From: Candidatus Latescibacterota bacterium
GTDB taxonomy: Bacteria; Latescibacterota; UBA2968; UBA8231
NCBI GenBank assembly: GCA_965248265.1
Contig: CBDFJF010000002.1
Coordinates: 800,001-864,000, forward strand
Direction: 5' to 3'
DNA: 64,000 nucleotides
Made by a program: the position numbers and the translations under genes. The notes below the pieces were generated by a model. The model searched no databases, was not told where the DNA came from, and was given only the letters and a program-made list of their open reading frames with translations. Positions 1 to 9,808 of the stretch are shown here, one piece after another (positions within the stretch are counted from its first letter, which is position 1; every line of letters begins with the position of its first letter).

Positions 1-1725
1 GATTTCGGAGGAGGGTCTCGGGTCGCCAGCGGGGATGCTGTCGGCGTCATCAACGGCGAAGAAATATCGCTGCGCTTTTTTCAGAGCGCCCTCAAGAATG
101 TTGCCAGGCAAACGAGCCGCGAAGAGAGGGCCGATGAGGGCAAGCTGATCCGCGACGTGTGGGACAAGCTGGTCGGAGATGCGCTTGTGCGTCAGGAGTT
201 GAACCGGCTTGGAATATCTATTTCCGACAAGGAGCTGGCGTATTACACGCGGGTGCAGCCGCCCGAGGCCGTGCAGGCGATGGAGGTATTTCAGGTCGAG
301 GGTGAGTTCGATCCGAATGTCTACAATCAATTCCTCAACGACCGCAATACCTACAGCGATCCCAATAGCAAAAACTTCGTTCTGCAGCTCGAGCAGTTGC
401 AGCGCAACCAGCTGCTCAACTTCCGGCTGCGACAAACCTTTCTGGAGTCGATCCAGGTGACTCCAGACGAGGTCCGCCAGCACTACGCCCAGAACAATGA
501 AAAGGTTAGCGTCGAGTACGTGTTCTCCCCGGCAACGGGCATAGCCGATTCAACGGTTGTCGTCTCTGAAGCCGATGTCGAGCAGTATTACGGCGAACAC
601 GCGGAGGATTACTTCCACCGCGACCAGATCAAACTCGCGTACGTGTTTTTTCCAAGGACTCCAACCAGTGCGGATTCTGCGGGGGTGCTGGCAGACATTC
701 AATCCCTCAGGGAGGACATCGTGGGCGGTGCGGATTTCGGCCAGATGGCAGCCGCCGTTTCGGAGGACGCGGGCAGCGCTGCCAACGCTGGGGACCTTGG
801 TGTATTCGGTCGCGGAGCCATGGTCAAGCCGTTTGAGGAGGTTGCCTTCAACCTGTCAATCGGTCAGGTGTCTGAGCCGGTACGCACGCAATTCGGACTA
901 CACCTGATCAAGGTCGAAGATAAGGTTCAAGAGGACGGCGAGGACAAGATTAGCGCTCGCCATATTCTGTTGAAATACAAGGCCTCGCCGGACACGGAGG
1001 AAGCCATTTTCGAGCGTGCCACGGCCTTCGCGGCCCTGGCAACCGAGCGTGGTTTCGACACGGCCGCGCAGATCGAAGGCGTGCAGGTTCGAACACCCGG
1101 GTACATCAGTCGCGCCGGCGTGATCCCCGGTCTCGGAGGCGGGACTACCTGGGTCGTGAATCAGTTTTTCGACAGCCAGCCCGGCACGATAAGCAGGGTC
1201 GGCTCAGCGGAGACCGGGTATTGGGTTGCCCACGCACTCGAGCACCGAGCTGAAGGGATTGCGCCTCTCGAGGATGCACGGCGGCGGGTGGAACAGAAGG
1301 TGCGCCAGGTGGAAAAAGCCGAAGTGGCCAAAGCGCCGCTCGAGCGCATCCGCGAGCAGGTGCTGGCCGGCACGAATCTGAATGAAGCGGCTCAAAGCGC
1401 CGGCCTGGAAGTCGTCGTTACCGAACCGTTCTCTCGGGCCGACTACGTGCCCGAAGTGGGACGTGGCAATCGTTTTGTCGGAGAGGCTTTTCGATTGCAT
1501 CGTGGCGATCTCAGCGAGGTCATCACCACGAACCTGGGCGCCTACGTCATGCGACTGGCGGACAGGCAGGACCTGGATGAATCGCAGTTCCTGGCGGACA
1601 GGCCGTCCGTGGAGCAGGAGTTGCTTCAACAGAGACAAACTGAGGCGCTGCAGCTTTGGCTCGTGAACATGTACGAATCCGCTGACATCGTTGATAACCG
1701 TCACCTGTTTGATTACAGATTCTGA
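1..1725 (+). CDS. PpiD/SurA-family peptidyl-prolyl cis-trans isomerase (5' end outside window)
   Basis: Frame is open from base 1 (DFGGG...VGVINGEEIS, SurA_N-like). Rotamase motifs SEDAGSAANAGDLGVF, MVKPFEEVAF, SEPVRTQFGLHLIKV, ARHILL. Confidence 0.85.
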   Translation, partial: DFGGGSRVASGDAVGVINGEEISLRFFQSALKNVARQTSREERADEGKLIRDVWDKLVGDALVRQELNRLGISISDKELAYYTRVQPPEAVQAMEVFQVEGEFDPNVYNQFLNDRNTYSDPNSKNFVLQLEQLQRNQLLNFRLRQTFLESIQVTPDEVRQHYAQNNEKVSVEYVFSPATGIADSTVVVSEADVEQYYGEHAEDYFHRDQIKLAYVFFPRTPTSADSAGVLADIQSLREDIVGGADFGQMAAAVSEDAGSAANAGDLGVFGRGAMVKPFEEVAFNLSIGQVSEPVRTQFGLHLIKVEDKVQEDGEDKISARHILLKYKASPDTEEAIFERATAFAALATERGFDTAAQIEGVQVRTPGYISRAGVIPGLGGGTTWVVNQFFDSQPGTISRVGSAETGYWVAHALEHRAEGIAPLEDARRRVEQKVRQVEKAEVAKAPLERIREQVLAGTNLNEAAQSAGLEVVVTEPFSRADYVPEVGRGNRFVGEAFRLHRGDLSEVITTNLGAYVMRLADRQDLDESQFLADRPSVEQELLQQRQTEALQLWLVNMYESADIVDNRHLFDYRF

Positions 1726-1755
1726 TTCCGATTTTCGAAACACAAAGGAGCAAAG

Positions 1756-2667
1756 ATGCCAGCAAGTCCCGGAAACACGAAGGTCGGCGTGGTGGGATTG
1801 GGAATCATGGGGGCGCCGATGGCGATCAATCTGAGCAAAGCCGGATACGCTCTCAGGGTCTACAATCGTACAGACCGGCCACGGGTCCAGGAAGTCATCG
1901 ACGCCGGTGCAGAACGCTGCGCCACTCCGAAGGACACGGCAGCGGGTTGCGATGTCATCATCACCATGGTGACGGATACCCCGGACGTGGAACAGGTAAT
2001 TTTCGGCGAGGATGGTGTCATCGAAGGGGCCGCAAAAGGGGCCACCGTCATCGACATGAGCACGATTTCTCCCAGCGCCACGAAGGACATGGCGGCGCGT
2101 CTCAAGGAGCGCGGAGTGGGCATGCTGGATGCCCCGGTCAGTGGCGGTGACGTCGGCGCGCAGCAGGGTACACTGTCGATCATGGTGGGTGGAGAGCAAA
2201 AGGTGTTCGATGAGTGCATGCCGGTGTTCGAGGCGATGGGAAAGAACATCAACCTCATCGGTGGCAATGGCGCTGGCCAGACGACCAAGGCTTGCAATCA
2301 GATCGGCGTTTCGGTGGCCAACCTGGGTATGGCCGAGGCGTTGATGTTAGCAGCCGCTTCAGGCCTGGATGTACAGCGTGTGCTGGACGCCATCAGCGGG
2401 GGCGCCGCCGGGTCATGGCAAATGAGCAATCTCGGTCCGCGCATTTTGCAAGGCGATTTCGCTCCCGGGTTCATGGTCAAGCTGCAGCAGAAGGATCTCA
2501 AGCTGGTCATAGAAGCGGCCAATGATGTCAATCTCGCCCTCCACGGGGTAAGCACGGCGCACCAACTGTTCAACGTAATCGAAGGGGCCGGATGTGGGGA
2601 TGAGGGCACTCAGGCGTTGATCAAGGCATACGAGGCGCAGGTCGGTACGCAGGCGCGAGCCAAGTAG
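1756..2667 (+). CDS. NAD(P)-dependent beta-hydroxyacid dehydrogenase (2-hydroxy-3-oxopropionate reductase / GarR-GlxR family)
   Basis: GLGIMGAPMA, DAPVSGG, GQTTKACNQ, FAPGF..LQQKDL motifs; AGGAG RBS. Confidence 0.9.
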   Translation: MPASPGNTKVGVVGLGIMGAPMAINLSKAGYALRVYNRTDRPRVQEVIDAGAERCATPKDTAAGCDVIITMVTDTPDVEQVIFGEDGVIEGAAKGATVIDMSTISPSATKDMAARLKERGVGMLDAPVSGGDVGAQQGTLSIMVGGEQKVFDECMPVFEAMGKNINLIGGNGAGQTTKACNQIGVSVANLGMAEALMLAAASGLDVQRVLDAISGGAAGSWQMSNLGPRILQGDFAPGFMVKLQQKDLKLVIEAANDVNLALHGVSTAHQLFNVIEGAGCGDEGTQALIKAYEAQVGTQARAK

Positions 2668-2715
2668 CCGTCACCGGCCGCGGCGGATGGTTTCCCGGCA
2701 GAGGGTGAGAGATCC

Positions 2716-3507
2716 ATGATCCAGTTGAGCAAAGTGGGTGTGCTGCTACGAGACGAGTCGCAGCAACATCCGTACGACGAACTGGCAGCTCTGCTCGACC
2801 AGAACGCGATCCAGGCAGTATTCCTCAGCTGGGACGGAGATCCACCCGCCGATCTTGATCTCATCATCGCCATGGGAGGCGACGGCACGGTACTCAAGGC
2901 TCTGGATGTGGGGTCGACGGTACCGGTGCTGGCTGTCAATTTCGGTACGGTCGGTTTCCTCACAGCCGGCGACCGCAGTGAGTTGACGACGATCGTAGAC
3001 CGTCTGATCGCAGGCGATTACATCGTCAGTGAACGACTCGTCCTCCAGTGCACCCATCCATCTGGTGAGATTCGCGCGATCAACGAGGTGATCGTGCGTA
3101 CCAGTAGCCGCTTCTGTTTCGTCGACGTCCACGTGGATGGCACCAAGATTCGCACCATTCAGGGAGACGGAGTCGTCGTCGGCACCCCGACGGGCAGCAC
3201 TGGTTTTCTGTTGTCAGCGGGCGCTCCCATTGTCATGCCCGACGTGCGCTGTTTCATCCTCGACGGCATCCACGAGCACAACTTCACTTCACGTACCCTC
3301 GTGGTGTCTCCGGATTCCAACATTCGCCTGAGTATCAGCCCCCAGACGCGGGATCCGCACGTTTACCTGACCGCCGACGGCCGCCAGGTGCGGGACCTCA
3401 TGCCCGGCGACGAGCTGCTGATCAAGCGCTCGGAAACCTCGGCGAAGCTCATCTATTTCGAGCCTCACTACTTCTTCCACAATCTGTCTTCGAAGCTCGA
3501 CTGGTAA
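2716..3507 (+). CDS. nadK: NAD(+)/NADH kinase
   Basis: GGDGT, NFGTVGFL, NE, GDGVVVGTPTGSTGFLLSAG signature motifs. Confidence 0.88.
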   Translation: MIQLSKVGVLLRDESQQHPYDELAALLDQNAIQAVFLSWDGDPPADLDLIIAMGGDGTVLKALDVGSTVPVLAVNFGTVGFLTAGDRSELTTIVDRLIAGDYIVSERLVLQCTHPSGEIRAINEVIVRTSSRFCFVDVHVDGTKIRTIQGDGVVVGTPTGSTGFLLSAGAPIVMPDVRCFILDGIHEHNFTSRTLVVSPDSNIRLSISPQTRDPHVYLTADGRQVRDLMPGDELLIKRSETSAKLIYFEPHYFFHNLSSKLDW

Positions 3508-3513
3508 GGCGGA

Positions 3514-5034
3514 TTACAGAATGCCGGTTCGGTTACTCGAGCCGTCTTCGAGCAGGTCCTCTGGCACGGCGATATTGAGCTGTTGAACCTCGCTCGGCGA
3601 CAGGGAGTTGAGCCGCTCTATCAGCGCTCTGAAGCGGTCTGTTTCGGAAGGCTGTGCCAGTCCTTCAGCAAGCGTAGTGAGCTTCTCGACATATTGCGCC
3701 CGAGCGAACGGGCGTGCACCCAGGATGTGGGCGTTGGGATTGTCCAGCGTCTCCAGGATTCTGGTTCCGCCGCCGTTCATTCGGATCTCGACTTCAGCGC
3801 CAAATTTCTTGCTGGCCGGATCAGGATCGTGATAGGCCTCCGTCCATGGGGCGCTCTCTTCCGTGCGAATTCGCTGCCACAGGCGTACTGTTGAAGCCCG
3901 GTGGGCGCGTTCGGCAGTGTAGCTGTCGACGTGATGCCAACTGCCGTCTTCCCAGGCAACGGCAAGGATGTACATGGCGCTATGATCGAGGGTCTCACGG
4001 GAGGCATCCGGGTCGAACTTCTGCGGGTCCTGCGAACCCGTGCCGATGACGTTGTGGGTGTGATGGGAAGTGCGGACGATCACCTCATCGACCTCGTCGA
4101 GCGGTAGATTGCGAGCGTGCAGGGCGAAGCCGATGTCGACGAGTGCCTGTGCCTGATATTCGGCGGAGTGTTCCTTGGTGTAGGAATCCATGATGGCGCG
4201 TAGACGGTTTCCCGGGGGCGGGAGTGCAACCTCATACTCGTGGTCGGGGCCGCTGAGCATCCAGGCGATGACGGCATCGCGCCCTTCATAGATCGGCGAC
4301 GGCGCACATTCGCCGAGAACGGCGCGGCCGACTGCTTCGATAGCGGTCTTTCCCGCCTGTGCAGGGGCGTAGGCCTTCCAGCTGGTGATGTCCCCCTTGC
4401 GGGACTGACGGGTGGCACAGGACAGATGGAGGCTCTGATTGATGGCCTGGAAGATGACCTCAGGCTCAAGGTGCAACAGGGTGCCCAGTCCGGCCGCCAC
4501 GGCCGGAGCGAGGTGGGCGACATGGTCGATCTTGTGTTCGTGTAGGCAGATTCCCGTGACCAGGGCCATCTGGGTCTCGTAGGCCGTCGCGATTCCGAGG
4601 GCCAGGTCCGCTCCCGCGCATCCCTTCTGCTGGGCAACCGCAAGCAAAGGTGGGATGGTGTCTCCCGGATGCGAGTAGTCGGCTGCCAGGTAACAGTCAT
4701 GCATATCGAGTTCGCGCACTGCGACTCCGTTGGCGAGGGCCGCCCACTCACAGTGGAACCGTGACTCGGAGGGCAGGCCGAACAGACAGGCGCCCTGCAG
4801 CGTAGGATGCGGGTACCCGAGCGCGAGAAGCCTGGCATGGCGGACCGGCAAGCGGTTGATGGCAGCGATGGCGACGGCGGCATTATCGATCAGACGGTTG
4901 CCGATCATCTCGCAAACGTCATCGTCGAGTTCTCGATTGGAGGCTGCCATGTTGGCCAGTCTCCACGCCAACTGGTCTTCCCGGGGCAGGACCGCGCCCT
5001 CTGGATGTGTGCGTACCGGGAAACGCTGCATCAT
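3514..5034 (-). CDS. prpD: MmgE/PrpD family protein (2-methylcitrate dehydratase)
   Basis: NGVAVRELDMHD, ADYSHPGD, HKIDH, RQSRKGDITSWKA, SRETLDHS. Start trimmed from the ORF-track 5202 to ATG at 5034. Confidence 0.85.
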   Translation of the reverse strand: MMQRFPVRTHPEGAVLPREDQLAWRLANMAASNRELDDDVCEMIGNRLIDNAAVAIAAINRLPVRHARLLALGYPHPTLQGACLFGLPSESRFHCEWAALANGVAVRELDMHDCYLAADYSHPGDTIPPLLAVAQQKGCAGADLALGIATAYETQMALVTGICLHEHKIDHVAHLAPAVAAGLGTLLHLEPEVIFQAINQSLHLSCATRQSRKGDITSWKAYAPAQAGKTAIEAVGRAVLGECAPSPIYEGRDAVIAWMLSGPDHEYEVALPPPGNRLRAIMDSYTKEHSAEYQAQALVDIGFALHARNLPLDEVDEVIVRTSHHTHNVIGTGSQDPQKFDPDASRETLDHSAMYILAVAWEDGSWHHVDSYTAERAHRASTVRLWQRIRTEESAPWTEAYHDPDPASKKFGAEVEIRMNGGGTRILETLDNPNAHILGARPFARAQYVEKLTTLAEGLAQPSETDRFRALIERLNSLSPSEVQQLNIAVPEDLLEDGSSNRTGIL

Positions 5035-5281
5035 GATTCCGAGTGGTAGACGGTGGAGGGGTGCATGAGGAACATCCGTCCTATTGAAAGGGAAGGAAAA
5101 TAGAAAGGCATGGAAAATGAACTCTGCGATTGCCAGGCTCAAAATAAGAGCTACCGGTCGAGCGGCAACAGGGCAACATCCGCGTTGAACCCGGGTGGTC
5201 AAACGCGTATGATCTATGGGATGCGACAGCTACATTCTGACATACACATTTTCACAACCTTGCATGGATGATTTCCCTCCG

Positions 5282-6568
5282 ATGAGCAAGACGACGCTGT
5301 TCGACGAACACTACACCCGTAGCAAGCACGACCTGTTGCAGCTGGTGGTGGAACGTCTGCGTCCGATCTACACACCCGAAGAGGCTGCGGCGTTGCGGAT
5401 CGATCCGGTGGATCCGGGTATTCTCTCCCAGCGGTCCGGGCGCGGGTTCGTCAATCGTGATATCCTGGAAACCGTACTGGGCAACTTGCTCGAGTGCGTC
5501 GCTCCTGGCTCGCACAACGCGCTGGACCAACAGGATGAGGGGGACTGTGACCTGACTGCTGCTTTAGGTGAGTTGGCGGATCAACTCTACGCCATGATCG
5601 CGCAGTCGTTTCAGGCGGTGGAGGAGGTGGAGAATTTGGAAGAGAAGTCGCTGAATGCGACGTTCTCGCTGTTGTGGAGCTTGCCCGAACTCAAGGTGCG
5701 CTCCATGTGGAATCGCTTCGCGGCGCTGAAGGACCCGGCGGTGTGGGACGCCTACCTGATGCATCGCTGCGGTCTGACGCCAGAAGAATTGTCGAGACTG
5801 GACTTCGGCGCACACGTGGATGAGACCATCAGGCGGCGCGACCTCGACCACTACCGCTCCTTCCTGCAGGAGCTCGACTGCTCCTATATCCTCAGTTACC
5901 AGATGCAACTGGTGATGAGTACCTATCCGGGATGGCGGGTGCTGCTGTATCACGAAGTCGCCAACGCGCTGACCAAGACGGGATCGGTCGACGATAGCGA
6001 CAACCTGCAGAGAATGCCCGTGCCGCTGTTATCGAGGGCCATCGCAGAACTAGGGGCGCGCTACTACCAGGCTGACATCCATCCGGAGACAGAGATCGGC
6101 GACGCCAATTTCCTCGACCACACCCACAGGGGACTGACCACCGGCCAGACCGGAGTCATCGGGTGCGGATGCCATATCATGCCGTGCACGCTCGGAGGCC
6201 TGACGCGAAGGCTGAGAAGACGGCATCCGCTCATCGGCGATTACGTGATCATCGGAACAGACGCCGACCTACTCGGTCCCGTCCGCATCGGCGACCGCTC
6301 GATAATCGGACCGAGTACGCAGATCTACGGGCTGGTAGAAACCGGTGCCGACTGTCGAATCGGCTCTTCCGTCGTCATCGGCACGGTTAAAACAGGGGAG
6401 ACGAAACCGGGTCGCATTCTCATCGGCAGCGGCGTGCAGGTAGGGGATGGCACGATCGTGGAGAACCGTTCCGAACTCGACCTGGTGATCCCGGACAAGG
6501 CTCAGATTCCGGCCCTCAGTCACCTCACCAACGACGGTAACAGCAACCCGCGTTTCGTGCGAGCATAG
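5282..6568 (+). CDS. Divergent serine O-acetyltransferase-like (CysE/EpsC-type) left-handed beta-helix acyltransferase
   Basis: LP..DPA..YPG..PLLSRAIAE..DIHP..IG..FLDH..TLGG..RHPLIGD..LLGPVRIG, plus hexapeptide repeats. Start uncertain (5216/5264/5282). Confidence 0.65.
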   Translation: MSKTTLFDEHYTRSKHDLLQLVVERLRPIYTPEEAAALRIDPVDPGILSQRSGRGFVNRDILETVLGNLLECVAPGSHNALDQQDEGDCDLTAALGELADQLYAMIAQSFQAVEEVENLEEKSLNATFSLLWSLPELKVRSMWNRFAALKDPAVWDAYLMHRCGLTPEELSRLDFGAHVDETIRRRDLDHYRSFLQELDCSYILSYQMQLVMSTYPGWRVLLYHEVANALTKTGSVDDSDNLQRMPVPLLSRAIAELGARYYQADIHPETEIGDANFLDHTHRGLTTGQTGVIGCGCHIMPCTLGGLTRRLRRRHPLIGDYVIIGTDADLLGPVRIGDRSIIGPSTQIYGLVETGADCRIGSSVVIGTVKTGETKPGRILIGSGVQVGDGTIVENRSELDLVIPDKAQIPALSHLTNDGNSNPRFVRA

Positions 6569-6613
6569 GGGCCGCGAGCAGGATAGGATAAAATACGAAC
6601 AGCAGAAAAGGAG

Positions 6614-6647
6614 AAGGGGCGCCTGCGAATCCGCTGGCGCCCCTTTT
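6614..6647. terminator. Rho-independent terminator between convergent genes (possibly bidirectional)
   Basis: AAGGGGCGCC...GGCGCCCCTTTT hairpin with purine-rich 5' flank and T tract. Confidence 0.75.
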
Positions 6648-6678
6648 GACGTTAACTCCGCCGTTACTGGGCGAGCCC

Positions 6679-7377
6679 CTACAGGCCGGCCACCAAGGTC
6701 ACCACGAGGCCGACGTCATCCTGCTTCGCGTCGCCGGCGATGCCGATGGTGATGCCGGCGTTGATGACGGCTTTCTCGTTCAAGGTGATGTCGACGTTGG
6801 GACCGAGGTTGATACCAAGGTTGTCGCCGAAGCTATCCGTGTTGGTGCCGACGAGGACGTCGAGGTAGCCCGTGAGCTTGTCTCCCATTGCCTTGGTGGG
6901 TTCGATCAGCAGGTTCAAGCCAATCCCGTCCGCATGATAGCCTTCCAGCAGGGTTGCCTGCAACCAGTGGTTAACAGACAGGCCCGAGTCCATTTCCTTC
7001 GTTTTCATAGCTCCAATGGAGATTCCGGGGTCATCCGCGTCTCCAGTGGGTAACAGTATCGCGCCGGTGAGAGCCATCATCTCATTGGTGCCGAACTTGG
7101 CTCCGACCTCGATCGTGGACAGATCATCCTTGTTGTCATTCATGACGCCGAGGACGGCTCTGGCACCGACTTCGAGGTTGTCGGACACCGAGTATTTTCC
7201 CAAAACATTCAGATCGCTGACGTCGCCGAGGCTACCGATGTCGGCGCTGGCGATTCCCACGTCCACGCCTTTGGTTCCCTTCTCGGCCGGCAGGACGTAA
7301 TACAGATCATAGTGTTGAGCCGCGGCTGGCGTGACCGCGATAGCCGTCAGTAACAAAACGGCAAGAGCGTTGCGCAT
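6679..7377 (-). CDS. Secreted, probable outer-membrane beta-barrel protein of unknown function
   Basis: Sec signal peptide (MRNALAVLLLTAIAVTPAAA), alternating amphipathic beta-strands, GGAGGG RBS. Confidence 0.65.
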   Translation of the reverse strand: MRNALAVLLLTAIAVTPAAAQHYDLYYVLPAEKGTKGVDVGIASADIGSLGDVSDLNVLGKYSVSDNLEVGARAVLGVMNDNKDDLSTIEVGAKFGTNEMMALTGAILLPTGDADDPGISIGAMKTKEMDSGLSVNHWLQATLLEGYHADGIGLNLLIEPTKAMGDKLTGYLDVLVGTNTDSFGDNLGINLGPNVDITLNEKAVINAGITIGIAGDAKQDDVGLVVTLVAGL

Positions 7378-7417
7378 GAGATCCCTCCCTAGTTGGATTC
7401 ATGAGATGTGCAAGGGC

Positions 7418-7436
7418 TGTGTGATTCGTTCACACA
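7418..7436. promoter_or_regulatory. Palindromic putative operator between divergent OMP genes
   Basis: Perfect inverted repeat TGTGTGA-ttcgt-TCACACA. Confidence 0.4.
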
Positions 7437-7627
7437 AATTCCAGCAAGCCAAAGATAGCAACAGGCAAACAGGTTGACAAAACGTCCGGAGCAAGACTGG
7501 GGGGGCGAAAATCGAGAAAGGGTGCTATACTTGAGTACTTAGTAATGAGGCGGGAACGCTAACCCCGTGCACCCTTTAGAGGATTTTTTTTATCCACCAT
7601 GCAAGTTACACGGGAGGTATACTTGCG

Positions 7628-8617
7628 ATGAAGAAGACTTTCGTAGGAGTCATGCTGATCTTCAGCATGCTCATGTTGATGTCGACGCTTGCGTTCGCCA
7701 GTGAACCGCGAATCAATGTGCTGACGGGCGGCAACAACCTATCGACGCCGGAAGACGATCTGGATGTCTACAATTTTCCTCACACCTTGGGCTCAAGTGG
7801 CTCTTTCGTGTACGCGGACGCGGGGGCTGACTATGTCGCCTACGCTGGTAGCAACTGGATCGCGGGTATCAACCGCAGCTCATCGGGCATGGATAACGTC
7901 GGTATCGCTCGCGAGCCGATCATCGATCTCGGCTACTCCAACGGTTCGACCGGTATCATCGGGACCCTCGGTCTGGAAGACGCTGGTGGCCGTCAGATCC
8001 TGAGTCTTTCCGCTCGTGGCAGCACCGGTTCGGACGGTCGCGCACTGGCAGCTGAAGTCTCCTTCGTCGACGACGAAGGCGGTGAAACCGGAATCAGGCT
8101 TGGTGTGGATGCTCGGATGGATCGCGATGGCGGTCACTTCAAGTACCTCATCGTCGGTGTGTCCCTGGCCAGCAAGGATGCATCTGGGAACATGATGAGC
8201 AATGGTGGGGGTACCGACATTGAGGCCAGTGCCCTGCTCGCGGACAACGATATGATCTCGGACAGCGTCCGCCTGTTGTACGGTGTCGGCGTGGGTGTCG
8301 AGTTGCTCGACGGCGAGACCACAGCGATCTCGATCCCGACCCATGTCGGTGCGGAGATCGATGCCAAGAAATGGCTGACGCTAAGGGCCGGCGGCATGCG
8401 CGAATGGCGCATGGACTCGTGGGACGCGGATGCCACCATGGGCGGTGTTCCGGATGAGACGACATACGCCACCAAAACGGCGGTGAACTTCGGACTGGCG
8501 ATGACGTCCGGTGACGTTGCTGTCGATGTTCATCTGCTGAACTCGTTTCTGCATGATGGTATCGTGTTCGAGAAGGGTGGTTTTTCCAGCCACACCTCCG
8601 TGACCTACAGCTTCTAA
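7628..8617 (+). CDS. Outer-membrane beta-barrel (porin-like) protein
   Basis: Signal peptide ending AFA, amphipathic strands, C-terminal BAM-type signal HTSVTYSF, GGAGG RBS, TAATAA double stop and strong terminator. Confidence 0.75.
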   Translation: MKKTFVGVMLIFSMLMLMSTLAFASEPRINVLTGGNNLSTPEDDLDVYNFPHTLGSSGSFVYADAGADYVAYAGSNWIAGINRSSSGMDNVGIAREPIIDLGYSNGSTGIIGTLGLEDAGGRQILSLSARGSTGSDGRALAAEVSFVDDEGGETGIRLGVDARMDRDGGHFKYLIVGVSLASKDASGNMMSNGGGTDIEASALLADNDMISDSVRLLYGVGVGVELLDGETTAISIPTHVGAEIDAKKWLTLRAGGMREWRMDSWDADATMGGVPDETTYATKTAVNFGLAMTSGDVAVDVHLLNSFLHDGIVFEKGGFSSHTSVTYSF

Positions 8618-8676
8618 TAAGAACCGGACCGGTTCTAAGGACCGGGTCAGAGTTCAATTCTGAAGCTGAAAAACTG

Positions 8677-8710
8677 AAGGCCGTCCGGCGTATGCCGGGC
8701 GGCCTTTTTT
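8677..8710 (+). terminator. Rho-independent terminator
   Basis: AAGGCCGTCCGGC-gtat-GCCGGGCGGCCTTTTTT. Confidence 0.85.
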
Positions 8711-8731
8711 CATTTCCCCCAACCCTGTTTG

Positions 8732-9706
8732 TCAGAAGCCGCAACGCGCGGCCGCGCGAAAAAACGGTTCTGCCATCGCCATAGCGCCCCGAAACGTGAA
8801 GTCGCTGGTCATCGGATGGACGCAAATTAGGCGCGCACCGTTGTCGATGGCGCGAACCATGTTGTCCTCGATATCCTTAGGGTCCTCCATCGAGCCGCTC
8901 CCGACCACCCGACCCAGGTGGACGCCACGTTCGGCCCCCGCCCGGAACAGAGCGTCCACGGCATCCTCGACTTCCGGGAGTTCGCCCTCGCGCAGGATGG
9001 CGTCGAAAGGACCCACGAAGCCGCAGGCCTTGTTGGGTCCCTGGGCAGCCATCAGGTCGAGGACCCGGTCCCTCAGGTCAGTGTCGATGATGTACTCGGC
9101 CGTCTCGAATTGGATCCATCCCTGAGTCTCCGTCTCCACGCCCCGTAGTTCATCCGGTGTGAACGCGAAGTTGCGGTCGCCATAGCGAATGGGATAGCCG
9201 CCACGGTCGTCCGCCGTGGCCTGTCCTGGAACCGGGAATTCAACCGAGCGGTAGTAGCGCTCCGCCTGCTCGTAGGTCGTACCGTACGGCTTCAGCGTCG
9301 CCCGGGCACCGATCTGAAACACGTCACCGTGAAAGCTGGCGGCCTCGCGGTGTAGCCGTTGGCAGGTCAGCATGCCGAGGCGGTTGATGGTCGCGTTCTG
9401 CTCCGTGCCGTACCAACCCTCCCACTGGCGGTGCTCCGCATCATTGACGATCCATGAAAACCCTGCCCGCGCCCAGGCATGGGCTTCGTTTTCGCGAAAC
9501 TGATGCCACGGAATATCGTTGAAGATTCCCAGCAGCGGTGGTGTCGCGGCGACGGAATCGGCCTTGTCCAGGATTTCCTTGAGCGCATTGCGGCTGGGAT
9601 TCAGTGTGTAGTCGTGGGCGCGTCTGGCAAACTCCTCCGTCTTTAGTGGACGGCTTCCGCCGATCGCGTCAATGGCACTCATCGGGGTAGTGGTTGGGGC
9701 AGTCAA
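8732..9706 (-). CDS. HpcH/HpaI aldolase family protein (divergent)
   Basis: GFSWIVNDAEH (cf. GFDWLLIDGEH), IQFET (cf. QIET), FVGPFD (cf. FIGPAD). TTG start after GGAGG. Confidence 0.65.
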   Translation of the reverse strand: MTAPTTTPMSAIDAIGGSRPLKTEEFARRAHDYTLNPSRNALKEILDKADSVAATPPLLGIFNDIPWHQFRENEAHAWARAGFSWIVNDAEHRQWEGWYGTEQNATINRLGMLTCQRLHREAASFHGDVFQIGARATLKPYGTTYEQAERYYRSVEFPVPGQATADDRGGYPIRYGDRNFAFTPDELRGVETETQGWIQFETAEYIIDTDLRDRVLDLMAAQGPNKACGFVGPFDAILREGELPEVEDAVDALFRAGAERGVHLGRVVGSGSMEDPKDIEDNMVRAIDNGARLICVHPMTSDFTFRGAMAMAEPFFRAAARCGF

Positions 9707-9808
9707 AAGATCCTCCCTGGTGTGGGGTTGCCGCACGCCAGGCGGCAACGATGCTTTTTCGGCACTAAAGCCTACTGGTGAGAGGCTGTCGCCGCAACAT
9801 GGGAGCCG

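Noticed and set aside
7540-7600. Possible riboswitch in the porin leader
   Set aside because: No match to aptamer consensus sequences I recognise and no convincing stem before the T tract.
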